NCBI GenBank assembly: GCA_964016885.1 | Contig: OZ024741.1 | Span: 129,828,001-129,892,000, forward strand | Direction: 5' to 3' | DNA from: Eledone cirrhosa | Lineage: Eukaryota | Length of the DNA stretch: 64,000 nt | Shown: positions 43,255 through 56,500 of the stretch, one piece after another | Layout: the number at the start of each line of letters is the position of its first letter | Position numbering within the stretch: the first letter of the stretch is position 1 | The notes under the pieces: model-generated | Database searches by the model: none | Seen by the model: the letters and a program-made list of their open reading frames with translations, nothing else | Told to the model about the DNA's origin: nothing | Position numbers and translations under genes: made by a program

Positions 43255-43830
43255 TTATTATTGTTATTGTTCCAAGAGTGGTGGCAGGGAAGAATTGCTA
43301 GAGCCCCGGAAAAATACGTTGCGGTATTTATTCCTACTCTTTACATTTTGAGTTCGAATCCAGCTTAGGTCAACTTTGCCTTTCATCCTTACGGTGTTGG
43401 TAAAATAAAGTACCAGTGATGCACTTGGGTTGATTTAATCGAGTTTCTCTTTCCCTTCAAATTGCTGGCCTTGTGACAAAAGTAGAAAGAATTATGGTAC
43501 TTACGGGTGGTGAATTAGCAGGATCGTGAGAACGTCCGACAAATGCTTAGTTTATGTGTTTTGACTTTTTACGTTCTGAGTTCAAATCACACAATGGTCA
43601 ACTTTACCTTTCATCATTCTGAGGTCGATAAAGAAAAGTATTAGTCAAGTACTGGCGTCGATATAACATTCCTTCACCAAAATTGTACGTCAGAGTACCA
43701 GTAACGCACTAGTGTCTATATAGTCGACTTTCTTCCAAATGTCTGGCCTTTTGCCAAAATTAGAGATGATTATTATTACATGCACTGGGTATTGCTGGCC
43801 TTGTGCCTAACGTAGAAACAATTATTATTA
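43255..43830 (+). mobile_element. Cluster of diverged SINE family-1 copies
   Basis: B-box and core near 43350 and 43578, tail fragments to 43830; another copy at 44085-44215. Confidence 0.75.
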
Positions 43831-44366
43831 CACCATTCAATTTTCTACTATAATAACTGGGAATATTTTCTTGAATATCTTCTAATGGAGTTAGATAGCA
43901 GCCTTGCTATGTCTTCTAATATATTCTGACGCTGCCACTATAGTGCATTCATCCATATGTGCCTCTATTGTTTGTCCCAATTCGGTTTATTTAATCATTT
44001 GAGATATTTCCGACGAAGAGGTTTCAGTTCTCGTGTAGTTTTCATTTTCTCCGCTGTTCTTTGCCTTTTATTACACCTCGAGTGCGGTGGATTGGCAGAT
44101 TCATTACAGCACCAGATAAATCCCTAGCAGTATTTATTTCGGCTCTTTACTTTCCAAGTTCAAATACCACCGAGGAAATCTTTGTCTTCCATCATTCAGG
44201 GGTCGATAAAATAACATTATGTAAACCAAAAAACTAACATACGCGAGTCTCACTATGAATGCTTTAAACTGTGACATATATATATATATATACTTGACTA
44301 TTCAAACTGAACTTAAAACGATAAGTTCTTGTTTTTATATATGTCACTTCTGTAAAACAACTTTTG

Positions 44367-44435
44367 TATTTTATCTGATGAAAACGTACTAAAATGTTGG
44401 TACCCTTGAAATATATATAAATATATAATAAAATA
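44367..44435 (+). ncRNA. Type I hammerhead ribozyme with (TA)-type helix III
   Basis: TATTTTAT CTGATGA aaac GTACTA aaatgt TGGTAC cctt GAAA TATAT ataa ATATA TA ATAAAATA; 3' half also present at 3970-4040 (minus). Confidence 0.8.
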
Positions 44436-44476
44436 AATATGGTTTTATAAAGATAGTTTCCATTTATTAATATTAT

Positions 44477-44553
<77 letters not shown>

Positions 44554-44632
44554 CACAGTTTAAAGCATTCATAGCGAGACTCGCGTATGTTAGTTTTTAG
44601 GCTTAATTAATGTTATTTTATCGACCCCTGAA

Positions 44633-44810
44633 ACAAAGAGGGTGTGGTAAGATACCATAATGCACCAGAGTATTCAATACTTAGGGTAGTAAAGTGGGTA
44701 ATAGGAAGAGAGTCAGGACCCCGACGGCTGAGCTCCGGCCGTTTCGACAGCTGGATCCGAACATTTTGGATCTAGCTGTTGAAACGACCGGAGCTCAGCC
44801 GTCGGGGTCA
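44633..44810 (-). mobile_element. Half-hammerhead fold-back element (family H), copy 2
   Basis: Reverse of the family-H tail; palindrome 44716-44809 with axis near 44763. Confidence 0.85.
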
Positions 44811-44875
44811 GAGGGCTCGATAAGGGTGAAGGCAGCGATTCTTTACTTAAACTTTGATCTGTTATTTTAATATAT

Positions 44876-45146
44876 ACTGGCAAAATGGCCCGGCGTTGCT
44901 CGGGTTTCTAAACATAGATTGGCATGTTTATCCCTCCTTTCTGAAACAGTTTCGTCGTATGTTCACCAATTGATGCAGAAGTCCTAATAAAAAGTGAAGT
45001 CGCCTTGGGTGAATAGGCAAATAATTTTTCATTAAGAGTTTTCAAAAGCATGTAATTGCGTTCCCCCTCTTTTTTGTTGTTGTTTTTGCTGCTGTCGAGC
45101 CTCGTGAAATAAATACGTTGTTTATATTTTGTTATTGTTTATGCAA

Positions 45147-45217
<71 letters not shown>

Positions 45218-45328
45218 TAACAGATTAAAGTTTAATCGAAGAATCGCCGCTTTCACCCTTAACGGGATCTTCTGAAACTAAAAAATCAATCTGTGAACGC
45301 AGAAGTAAATATTTCGAAAAACGTTACA

Positions 45329-45379
<51 letters not shown>

Positions 45380-46300
45380 AACACACACAGATAGCGAAAT
45401 CAACGTCGCAATGCCGACAGCCAGACATACAGACATACAGACAGATATTATAAAGACGCGACATTATAGCTATGTATCTATCTAAAAAGACAGACTAAGA
45501 AAGACAGAGAGATCGCTAAGCGGCGCCTAATGCGGTCCCCAGGGCATTGAAAATTTTAAATATTTTTTGCTCAAAACACTCACAAGTCCATAAGTATTAC
45601 ATGTGTAAATTTGAAAAAAATCTGTTGGGTGGTTCTCGAGTTTTAGGGAGTCAGCCAGACAGACATTCCCTGTTTTATATATATATACATATTTAGAATA
45701 AGTCGTTTTCAAACACGAAAACAGATAAAGGTAAGTGTGAAGAAAATTTTACATTTCAAAATGAGATTTATATATATACTAGCAGAATGGCCCGGCGTTG
45801 CTCGGGATTTGCTCTAGGGTTCCTATATATTTGATATTTATCCTTATCGAGCCTCGTGAAATAAATACGTTTGTTTATATTTTATTATTGTGTATGCACA
45901 AATCTCTGTTCACGAATATATATATATATATATATATTAAAATAACAGATTAAAGTTTAAGCAAAGAATCGCTGCTTTCACCCTTATCGGGATCTTCTGA
46001 AACTAAAAGAATCAATCTGTGAACGCAGAAGTAAATATTTCGAAAAACGTTACACAATATATATATATATATTTATATATATATATATATATACATATAT
46101 ACACACACACTCATATAGCGTCATAATGTCGTAATGCAGACATACAGACAGATATTATAAGGGCGCAACGTTATATCTATGTATCTATCTCAAAAGAAAG
46201 ACTAAGAATTATAGAGAGAGATCACTAAATCGCCTAATGAGGTCCCTGGGGCATTGAAAATTTGAAATTTAGACAGACATTCTCTGTTTTAGATATATAT
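44876..46300 (-). mobile_element. Two tandem non-autonomous Helitron-like elements (44876-45690, 45778-46300)
   Basis: Minus-strand 3' end cccgagcaacgccggg hairpin plus CTAG; duplicated interiors; gacagacattc near the other terminus. Confidence 0.65.
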
Positions 46301-46394
46301 ATACATATATATCAAGCGTTAGCCAAATATATACCTTCCATATACTGTACCGATTGTGTTGTTATTTCTGTTTACCTTTTACACACACACACAT

Positions 46395-46435
<41 letters not shown>

Positions 46436-46442
46436 CTAAACA

Positions 46443-46786
<344 letters not shown>

Positions 46787-47345
46787 CTTGTAGCAGAGTG
46801 TCTTTTGTTTTAAAGTAAGTATCTAGTTCAATTGCACCACTTTTATAGTCAAACTTAAAATGTATAAGGCACAGTCATTCCGACAAGAAATATACACATG
46901 ATGTATGTCAGCTTTTTGAAGATATAGATGGAATTTAATGAAGAGTTTTTTTTGTTTGTTCTTGTGCCTATTTTCCTTTTGCTTTTTGACTCTATCCTAT
47001 TGTAGTTTATTACATTGAAACTACTGATTGGAAGTTAGTATCTTGTATATTCCATTTGACTCAAGTATGTATGTTGTATGTAGGCAAAAATTAAACAGAA
47101 ATGACAAAGCAAACGACACGGTATAATGAGGAAATATTCTACCAGAAGCAACCGTCTCCAATTGATCTAGCTGGATACCCAAGCGAATCCTGCCCAGCTC
47201 ATGGATGTAATCCAAAAACTTGCTCGGGGTCTACCCTGGGTCTCCAGCAGGTTGGTTTTTGCCCGTAAAATCTACAACCGCAGTGCTTAAAGAAAACATA
47301 CTGGAAACAGAATTCTAGTCCTGCCGAAAACAACAATATCCTATG

Positions 47346-47424
<79 letters not shown>

Positions 47425-47485
47425 TATATATATATATATATATATATGAAATATAAGAATCAAAGAACTGTTCAAAACATTATTG

Positions 47486-47532
47486 TGCTTACAGCTGTTT
47501 CCTCCAAACCGAGGTTTGGATTCTTCGGAGCA
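47486..47532 (-). ncRNA. Variant hammerhead (CCGAAGA core) in the inverted pLTR
   Basis: Reverse complement of 48732-48778. Confidence 0.8.
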
Positions 47533-48731
47533 ATTTATTAATGCATGGACAGTTATATGACCTCCTTTTCAGCCGAGAGACATACCGATACATATTCAAA
47601 CATTGATACATATTCAAACATTGTGGGTCAACATTCATTACAGAATTTAGACATTCCTTCCAAAACTTTAAGCCCAATATATAGCAATGTCGGACTGGAA
47701 CCTAACACCACATCTAGCATCAAACACCAGAAACACACCTTATACTACATACCCATGGGTCCTGAAGCAATCCTGCAATCACCGCGCCTGGTCCTATGAG
47801 TAGACTACAACCACAGAGATCATTAATTTAGAATCCTCGCTCATCATCTATAATTTCCATTTGTGGCACATTACGATGGGTTAATCCACCATAATAATAT
47901 GATCACCTTCAGCATTACTTAATTAAACTACTCTATAGTTAATACACTTTATGCTTTATAAATTTTCTTGGAGGATGCGCATCACCATAGAAATTAGGGT
48001 CTATATTTTGTGACACATTTTAATAGCTAGGTATAGAAACCCCGGAGTTACCTCCCCGCATGCATTAACTCCCCTTAGCCACACACACACTTCCGGGTGG
48101 TATTCAATGGCGTTTCTCGAAAGGTAACAGCCTCCTGTATTGAACTAAAGAACACCAGACTACGATCTCTAACTGGATTGTCAAACGCTCAATATCGGAT
48201 TGTCGTGGATTATGGGAGGGGCATATAATCGAAAAATACACTCCCCTGACCATGAAAATGCCGAAGTACATGAAATACTTGACATCCCTTCGCTGTGCAT
48301 CTCCAATACTTTTAACACTATTAATGCTTGCACTATTTTTAATGCTTTTAACATTTCTCCACACACAGACTATATCAATCATATAAAGAATTTGCCACCA
48401 GATCTACCAACCTAACACTCTTGTTTACCTACCTAAGTGCCTCTACCACACATATCTCTCTGCCACACTATATAAACAAGACGCACATGCGTGCCACATA
48501 TATAACATTTGCACTATATAACCACTTATCTTCATGTTGTATTTTAACCTGTATTTTTGATTTTTGATTGTACCTCTTAATATAAATGTAATCTCGAGGT
48601 GTGTACTGCCACTCTAAATTCTGTAATGAATGTTGACCCACAATGTTTGAATATGTATCAATGTTTGAATATGTATCGGTATGTCTCTCGGCTGAAAAGG
48701 AGGTCATATAACTGTCCATGCATTAATAAAT

Positions 48732-48778
48732 TGCTCCGAAGAATCCAAACCTCGGTTTGGAGGAAACAGCTGTAAGCA
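48732..48778 (+). ncRNA. Variant hammerhead (CCGAAGA core) in the 5' pLTR
   Basis: TGCT CCGAAGA a TCCAAACC tc GGTTTGGA g GAAA cagctg TA AGCA. Confidence 0.82.
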
Positions 48779-49033
48779 CAATAATGTTTTGAACAGTTCT
48801 TTGATTCTTATATTTGATTCTTATATAACTGCTCTGTAAATCATCTGATGTTTTTACATTGAGCTACTTAACTTACTGGTAATAAGGTAGTAATACATTA
48901 CTGCCTACCACTATTTAGGGTGTGTGTAAAATACTTATAACTGCATAAGGTTTTGAATTTACATAACCATAAATAGTATAACTAATACTATTAACTGCTC
49001 CATATCGTTGAGCTGACATATAATATTGCCAAT

Positions 49034-50659
49034 ATGCTAATCAAAGACCAACTCCCAATGTCAACCAAGAACATACCAATACCATCCAGGAATACATATG
49101 AGAAATTGCTGATCAACAGTGTTAATTCATTTATCAATAGAGTGAGATGGAGGACATTCCATTATGATAGAAACAGATCTAACAACTTGAATAATACTAA
49201 CAATTTTGACTCCTTCGGCTTTAAAACCTTTAAAAGCCCCCCTCATAACACACTACTTAACTCCTTTGAAAATGACCTAGTTAAACTAGTTAAGAACATT
49301 AAATACAATGAGCACCATATTAGAAGCAACACCTTCTTAAACAAACTTAACACCTCTATTAATGGATTCAAAACTAGTAATAAAATTATTGTACACGCAG
49401 ATAAAACTAATAACATATACAGCCTAGATTATAATACTTATAGAAAGTTTATATATAATGAACTTCATAAAAGCTACAAAAAAACCACCTTGAAAAACTT
49501 AGAAGATATTAATGTAGAGGGTTATAATATAGTGTCTAAACTAGGACTGCAGAGGCATACACAACCTTTCACCCCGAACCCCCCTAGATTCTCTCTGAAG
49601 GACCATAAGGAGAACTTCATCAGCAACCCCACGATAAGACTTATCTGCCCTTCCAAGTCCGACATTGGTATTATCAGCAAGAAGATTTTGGATAAAATCA
49701 TCCCACAAATTAAACACAAGATACACCTTAAACAATGGGGTGAAGTGATTGAATGGTTCAAGGATATCAAGAATAATAAGAACACAAAATTTATTCAATT
49801 TGATATCAATTCATACTACACCTCTATTTCTCCTATCCTATTAAATAAGGCACTTATCATGGCCATGAGCAATAGCGACCTGACTAGAGCCCAGGTTGAT
49901 GTCATCCTTGCGGCCCGTAAAACCATAATCACCTTCGAGGACCAACTATGGACACGCAAGGATACGCACAACAACTTCGACATAACCATGGGATCTAGTG
50001 ACTCGGCGCAGGTCACTGATTTGGTCGGCCTATACCTTCTCAATGAAATCCATAAGGACCTCCCTTACCTCAACGGTGGTTTGTACCGCGATGATGCACT
50101 TCTGCTTATAGAATATAAAAAATTTAATATAGAAAGAACTAGAAAACAATTGCATAAGACATTCAAAAACTTTAACCTTAGTATCACCATGGACAAAAAC
50201 ACTAAAAATGTTAACTTCCTAGACGCCACACTATACCTAGACTCAAAAATATATACACCTTTCCATAAGCCTAACGAGAAACTTATTTACGTAGATACCA
50301 AGTCTAATCACCCTAGATCAATATTAAACTCTATCTCTAAGGGGGTGTCCAGTAGAATCTCTAGTCTGTCCTATGACGCAAACATATTTAGCAAAAACTC
50401 ACAATATTACAATCAAGCATTAGCTAGCTCCGGCCATAATATAGAAATTGAGTTCCTACCTAAGAAAACACATAGCTACAACATCATCTCGCACAACATG
50501 TCCATGAGGAAACCTAATAATAGGAATAGCAACCACAAGTACACCAAAGCGGAGGGTGCCACCGGAAGTAACCATTACCATGGAAACTACTGTGGGGCCT
50601 TAGGAAGAAGCAACACACCAAACACTAAAAGCAAAAATAGAAGAAGAAATAATGTTTGA
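49034..50659 (+). CDS. Penelope-like reverse transcriptase (possibly Naiad-like), truncated before the endonuclease
   Basis: 541-aa open frame: KNIPIPS...RVRWR, ADKTNN, FDINSYYTSI, TMGS, LYRDD, NFLD, HKPN, SNHP; no GIY-YIG domain. Confidence 0.88.
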   Translation: MLIKDQLPMSTKNIPIPSRNTYEKLLINSVNSFINRVRWRTFHYDRNRSNNLNNTNNFDSFGFKTFKSPPHNTLLNSFENDLVKLVKNIKYNEHHIRSNTFLNKLNTSINGFKTSNKIIVHADKTNNIYSLDYNTYRKFIYNELHKSYKKTTLKNLEDINVEGYNIVSKLGLQRHTQPFTPNPPRFSLKDHKENFISNPTIRLICPSKSDIGIISKKILDKIIPQIKHKIHLKQWGEVIEWFKDIKNNKNTKFIQFDINSYYTSISPILLNKALIMAMSNSDLTRAQVDVILAARKTIITFEDQLWTRKDTHNNFDITMGSSDSAQVTDLVGLYLLNEIHKDLPYLNGGLYRDDALLLIEYKKFNIERTRKQLHKTFKNFNLSITMDKNTKNVNFLDATLYLDSKIYTPFHKPNEKLIYVDTKSNHPRSILNSISKGVSSRISSLSYDANIFSKNSQYYNQALASSGHNIEIEFLPKKTHSYNIISHNMSMRKPNNRNSNHKYTKAEGATGSNHYHGNYCGALGRSNTPNTKSKNRRRNNV

Positions 50660-50740
50660 ATATGTATCAATGTTTGAATATGTATCGGTATGTCTCTCGG
50701 CTGAAAAGGAGGTCATATAACTGTCCATGCATTAATAAAT

Positions 50741-50787
50741 TGCTCCGAAGAATCCAAACCTCGGTTTGGAGGAAACAGCTGTAAGCA
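50741..50787 (+). ncRNA. Variant hammerhead (CCGAAGA core) in the 3' pLTR
   Basis: Identical to 48732-48778. Confidence 0.82.
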
Positions 50788-50988
50788 CAATAATGTTTTG
50801 AACAGTTCTTTGATTCTTATATTTCATATAACTGCTCTGTAAATCATCTGATGTTTTTACATTGAGCTACTTAACTTACTGGTAATAAGGTAGTAATACA
50901 TTACTGCCTACCACTATTTAGGGTGTGTGTAAAATACTTATAACTGCATAAGGTTTTGAATTTACATAACCATAAATAGTATAACTAA

Positions 50989-51022
<34 letters not shown>

Positions 51023-51090
51023 TTAGTTATACTATTTATGGTAGGCAGTAATGTATTACTACCTTATTATATATATATATGTGTGTGTGT

Positions 51091-51134
<44 letters not shown>

Positions 51135-51609
51135 TCTAACAGGATTTTATTGCATCCATTCTGATTGATATACATACATAGAGAGATAGAAACTGCTTAC
51201 TGTTATTGCTGGAATATTTTATCTCGCAGGGTATTTTTCTTCCTTTGGTTTTTATTCGAAAAGGTAAGAAAATATTCATATTTTTCATAGATTGTATATA
51301 TATATGAAGCATTCTACTAATGAATCTTCATTCTCCATAGAATTTTTGTTACCTCATGAAGTTTATGTTTTATAAATTGGTTATACTTCTACTTTACACA
51401 CGATATCTTAACAATTTTTAAAATATAATTCCTAATATTATTTAATTATACAAATAAAGTCTAAAGTGTGTCTCAAGTCCAGATGCTCACCAGGCCGGTG
51501 CTTAACTCAGATTGTTTGACGACTCTGCCTTCTCAGGAATAAATTGGTGAAGAAGAACAGAAGACGAGATAAAAATAAAATAGGATTTTTTAAACATCGA
51601 ATGGCTATG

Positions 51610-51673
51610 GTGTCCACCAGAATAAAATAGGAATCAAAGGGATCCATAGGTGAAACAAGTTTGAAAACCACTG
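51610..51673. mobile_element. Possible hAT/Charlie-type MITE end
   Basis: tttgaaaaccactg resembles a CAGTGGTTTTCAA terminus. Confidence 0.35.
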
Positions 51674-51974
51674 GTCTAAGCCATAACCAGTTCTTGATTG
51701 AAAATAATTACATTTAAAAAAAAATTTCCCTGAAGCGATGGCAGTTTCTTCAATTATGTTTGCTGAGAAGCACTTCCATTGCAAGTGAACTGTGTCAAAA
51801 TAACATGTACCGACAAGGGACGTCGTATCAACAAATAACGCCTCTACCATCTTTTATCACTACCGAGCAAAAATTATAAATCTAAACTATAATAAAGTAA
51901 GGAGCGAGGGACTGCGTACGGTTTATAATTTTTTTTATCCTATTAGTAAAATAAGTTGGATTACTTTCAATAAA

Positions 51975-52362
51975 TAATTGTTTCTACATTTTGGCACAAG
52001 GCCAGTAAATACACAGTATATTACTGGTACTTTACTTTATCGACCCCGTAAGGATGAAAGGCAAAGTTAACCTCAGCAGGATTTGAACTCATAATGGAAA
52101 AGGCCGTAACTCTTTGCGTCAAAGCATGGCGTCCGACTCTCTACCGATACTGCCAATCCACCCTTTGAATAAATAATTGTTTCTACTTTAGGCACAAGGC
52201 CAGCAATTACCCAATGCATTACTGGTACTTTATTTTATCGACCCCGTAAGGATGAAAGGCAAAGTCAACCTCGGCGGGATTTGAACTCAGATCGTAAAGG
52301 GACGTAACTATGCTGGAAAGCATGGCGTCCGACCTCTACCGATACTGCCAATCTACCGCCTA
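51975..52362 (-). mobile_element. Two tandem SINE family-1 copies
   Basis: Two full reverse-strand units. Confidence 0.88.
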
Positions 52363-52866
52363 CCCTTTGAATAAATAATGAATGAATATTACATAATGTA
52401 TCTACTAAATTTCGTGGCTGTTGATTAAATATATTTTGTTTATTTAAAGATTCACTTCTTTAAAATTTCTGAAATGTCAACACTTCCGGTTGGCCATCGT
52501 TTAAATAAACATATTAATTTTCTCCTAATGCAGTTTATATATAATATCGTCTTTTTTAATGTATCATGGATTACGTTACTGATTAAATAATTTCTATGTA
52601 TTATATTTTGTCAATTACGATTTTATTTGATGTATCATATCGACATGTATATATACCTGCGTATAATATCAATACAGAAACTACACATGCTAGCAGAAAA
52701 CCACCCGAAAGGTGGTTTTTCTGCTAGTGCAACATAATAAAAGAATAAAGTATGGTCCGCAAGGGAACGCGGAAAGACAGATACAACACCACACAGACAA
52801 GAATAAGACAAAAACTATTTTTTATTAAAACTACTGATAATAGTATTAATTTAACATTCAATATTA

Positions 52867-53324
52867 GGCTATTTCTGTCCAGAAATAGCCGTCGAAACAG
52901 CTTGAGCTCTGCCGTCGGGGTTAAACTTTTTCCTATATATATATATTCAATTTAAATTTGTCCCATTATCAATAGTTGAAATTAATAATTCTCTAAGTTC
53001 ATGGGGTTTTAATAGCACCTGCCCATTACCACAACACAAATGAATTGGGGGATTTCTCTGGGGATTTCTAAAGAATCTTTCCTTTAATCACCTAATTATG
53101 TGATTAAAGGAAAGATTCTTTAGAAATCCCCAGAGAAATCCCCCAATTCATTTGTGTTGTGGTAATGGGCAGGTGCTATTAAAACCTCATGAACTTAGAG
53201 AATTATTAATTTCAACTATTGATAATGGGACAAATTTAAATTGAATATATATATATAGGAAAAAGTTTAACCCCGACGGCAGAGCTCAAGCTGTTTCGAC
53301 GGCTATTTCTGGACAGAAATAGCC
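52867..53324. repeat. Near-perfect 458-bp spacerless palindrome
   Basis: Axis at 53095/53096 (taa|tta); few mismatches; both ends lie in the family-H helix II hairpin. Confidence 0.95.
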
Positions 53325-53455
53325 GTCGAAACGGCTTCTGCTCTGCTGTTGGGGTTAAACTTTTTCCTATTACCCACTCTACTACCCTAAGTATTGAGTA
53401 CTCTGGTGCGTTATGGTCCATATGGTTCCTTACCACAACTCCTTCGTTATATATA
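53256..53455 (+). mobile_element. Half-hammerhead fold-back element (family H), copy 3
   Basis: GACGGCTATTTCT ggac AGAAATAGCCGTC GAAA cggc...; palindrome 53256-53369; tail to TATATA. Confidence 0.85.
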
Positions 53456-53509
53456 TGCAAAATACTAGAAACCAAATTCTATGATAGTGCACATACTTAA
53501 ATATGGAAT

Positions 53510-56500
53510 TATACAAAATGCCCCCCCCCCCCAAACCCCGGCGGACAGAATGGAGAAGGCGTTTCCCCGGAGGACGGCAAGGGAGACGCGCTGGAAAAGC
53601 CACTTCAACTCGCGGGGCTCACACCCGCGGCTGGCCAGCTCAGCGCCTATGGTGGTGAGTAGGGAGGAAGCTCTAGGGCCGAGGACACCAGAAGTCTCTC
53701 CTGCCAGGGGTACAACCGCAAACCTGTCGGAGTTTGGCCTCCTCAGCCCGACGTGCAGCAGAACCTGGGTTAGTCACAGACTGCACCAGGTTGCGGCTGC
53801 AGAAAGTGTCGATGCAAGTAGCATCCCAGACGAGACGTTTGCCACCGCGGCACGGGAAGATGGTCATGCCATCTGACCTTTTTCCGTCCCGTCGGTCCAT
53901 CCTCACCGGCTCGAGCTGGTAAAAGAAGCCCGCAGCGTCCAAGCTATGCTTTATGACTTCGTTGAGGGCAGCATGGTGTGGAAGGCGGCCGGCACTGTGG
54001 CGACAGGAAAGCGGGTGGAGGCCGAAAGAGTCCACAGTGGAACCGCAGCGACATTGGTGTGGATCGCAGATCCGGAGGCCGAGCCTCAAGGAAACACCGA
54101 TGCGCAGGCTATGGTTGTCTAACGTGCCAGTGGAGAAGGAGGTAGGGCATGGAGCCAGGCACCACTCTGGGGTTTTGAGGCCACACGAAACAGGCAAGGC
54201 GGTGCTGGTCGAGCTGGCGCGTGACCCTGTCTGAGGCCAGGCTGCACTGGATGCATCCCAAGTGATTTGGGGGGACTTGACATCAACAGGGGAAGAAGGA
54301 GGAGGGACGTTTACTGGGCTAAGTCCCATCCGGTCCCACGTCTCACAGGTGGCCTCACGTTCTCTGAACACAGAGGGTTCTATTGTGTTTTGAAGAACCC
54401 TGTTGACGAGGACGCGGCACGAGGTTACCGACGAAAGAGACACCGGCAAAGCCAGCGAGATCGGGTACCGGAGGCCAAGGCCGCTATACCTGACAGGTAA
54501 AGTGGCCTGTTGCCATCCAATGTCGTCAAACTTGACGTTGCATATCTCCTCGGCTGCTGCTCGGATACAATTATCAAGGTCAGCGAGGAGACATGTGTAG
54601 GTGTAGCACGGAGCGCTGCGAAGGGTATAGAGGAGCTTCGGCATAGCGAAGCAGATCCTCCACAGAAAGAGAGCTGGTTGGCCATCGATCAAGCCCAGTC
54701 GGCTCGTGAGAGACTGGAGTTGTTGGAGCCTGGACCTGATGGTGGAGCAGATGGCGGGCGGGTGGATTGGTGACCCGAGGATGAGGACATCCTTTTTTGG
54801 GGTCACCTGTACCTGGTGGAAAATGGACCGCAGGTCCGAGACGGAGGCTGCAAAGTTCTCAGCATCGTAGCTGACATTCACCACCTCCGACTTGGCCGAG
54901 TTGACATGGAGGCCGATTCCCGCCAGGGCATGAACCACCGATTGTAGGTCAGTGCAGAAAGTCTGTATGGACCCGCCCAATGTAACGTAGCATCATCCAG
55001 ATACCAAACGTTGAGAGGGGCCGTGATACTCCAGGCGATGTGGTCTATACCAAGGGCAAACAGAAGGAGTCCCAAAGGGTCGCCCTGTTGGACCACAGTA
55101 GCCGAAGGTATGACCGTATCAGCAGAAAGGAGTATGCTCGGGGCTCCATACGACAGGTAGGCCAGCGAGCAGGTAGAGGGGGCTCGGCTGAGGCAGGCAT
55201 CGAGTAGATGGTCCCGGCGTAAGCAGTTGAAGGCATTCCTCATGTCAAGCTTGACAATGAGGTGCTTGGAGTCCCTGGATGCTGGTTCCGGTGGGCAGCT
55301 GTTGAAGAACTGCCTGGTTGCATGTGCGGCGCCCTCACAGCCACCGGACACGCCGACACCCAGTTCGGGTGTTATGGACCTGCAGACCATCTTGGCAGCC
55401 AGCCTCCGGAAGACATTGTCCACAGCGATGGGGCGTATGCCACCCTCTTTCTTCCCGAGAGCGGTGAGGCTAACTAACCGAAAAAAGAGACCTCGGGCGT
55501 GAGGGTCCAGGGTGCAATGGATGAGCTTATTGGTGAGCGTCACAATTACACTCAGAAGGCGGCGCCCAGCCTCAGTGGAGAGGGGGATAGCAACTCCTTG
55601 AGGTGGCCTGGTCGGAGACCATCAGCACCTCCGCTGCTGCTAGCTTGGAAGGACTTGATGGTGGACATGGTGTCTGCGTCGGAAGCCACAAGGAGCAAGT
55701 GGGGTTGGGTGGGAGTATGGGTCTGAGATCAGCGGGTGGCTCATGGAGCTTGAGTCGCAGGTCAGCCAGGACCTCCTCGGTGGGTTGGAGGACAGTGTCC
55801 TCTGAGGCAACCACTCTGACTGCGGTAGAGACATCACCCATGATTAATTTAGCATTTATGCGGTCACGCAAACGCTTGGCGCTGTCCTCAGGGGTGGAAG
55901 ATTGGGGGCACCCGAGGGTGGGGTGTGCGGCGTCCTTAGACACGCTTGGAATGGGCGCTTTCCCAAAGGACGAAACATTGGCCTTGACGAAGGCTGCTGT
56001 CGACCGGCCGCCCCGGTCAGCGCCAGAGCTGGGGAGGACGAGGGCGAGTGGGGTGAAATAAAAGAGTAACTCCTAGTCGCTGGCTCGATTGGAGACCAGG
56101 GCGCTCTCAATCGAGGAAGCGAGGGCATCGCTACCGGCACCTGGGCCGCTCTCGGGATCCTGAGTGGGATCTTCCGGAGCCGCCTGAGCCGAGCGATGTT
56201 GACCAGCGACGCTTGGGCGTCGGGCAAGCTCGCTGTCTCATCTGGTGGTGTGCCAGACGGCCGTGGTTGGGCAGACGAGGGGAAGAGGCAGTTTCTGCAT
56301 CTCCACGCTGCGAGGGCACTGGAAGCTCGACGTGTCAAGCCAACACAGGTGAGGTGGTGGAAGCAGCCGCACTCCGAACAGTTCCGGCCCCTCTACCGTC
56401 TGTTAGTGGTGCTGCAAGTGCTGCAGGTGTCGGCTTGGGAGGATGGGGGATGGGGCGTGGGGAACCGAGCGGCATCAGGTGTGAGTGGCTGGCGTGTGTG

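Larger units (their letters stand above)
47443..50994 (+). mobile_element. Penelope-like retroelement with direct pLTRs (48642-48991, 50651-50994) and an inverted pLTR copy (47443-47651)
   Basis: Repeats read directly; RT ORF between the pLTRs; hammerhead in each copy; (TA)n at both ends. Confidence 0.92.

Noticed and set aside
52690-52727. Rho-independent terminator
   Set aside because: Eukaryotic context, no upstream gene and no U-tract after the stem
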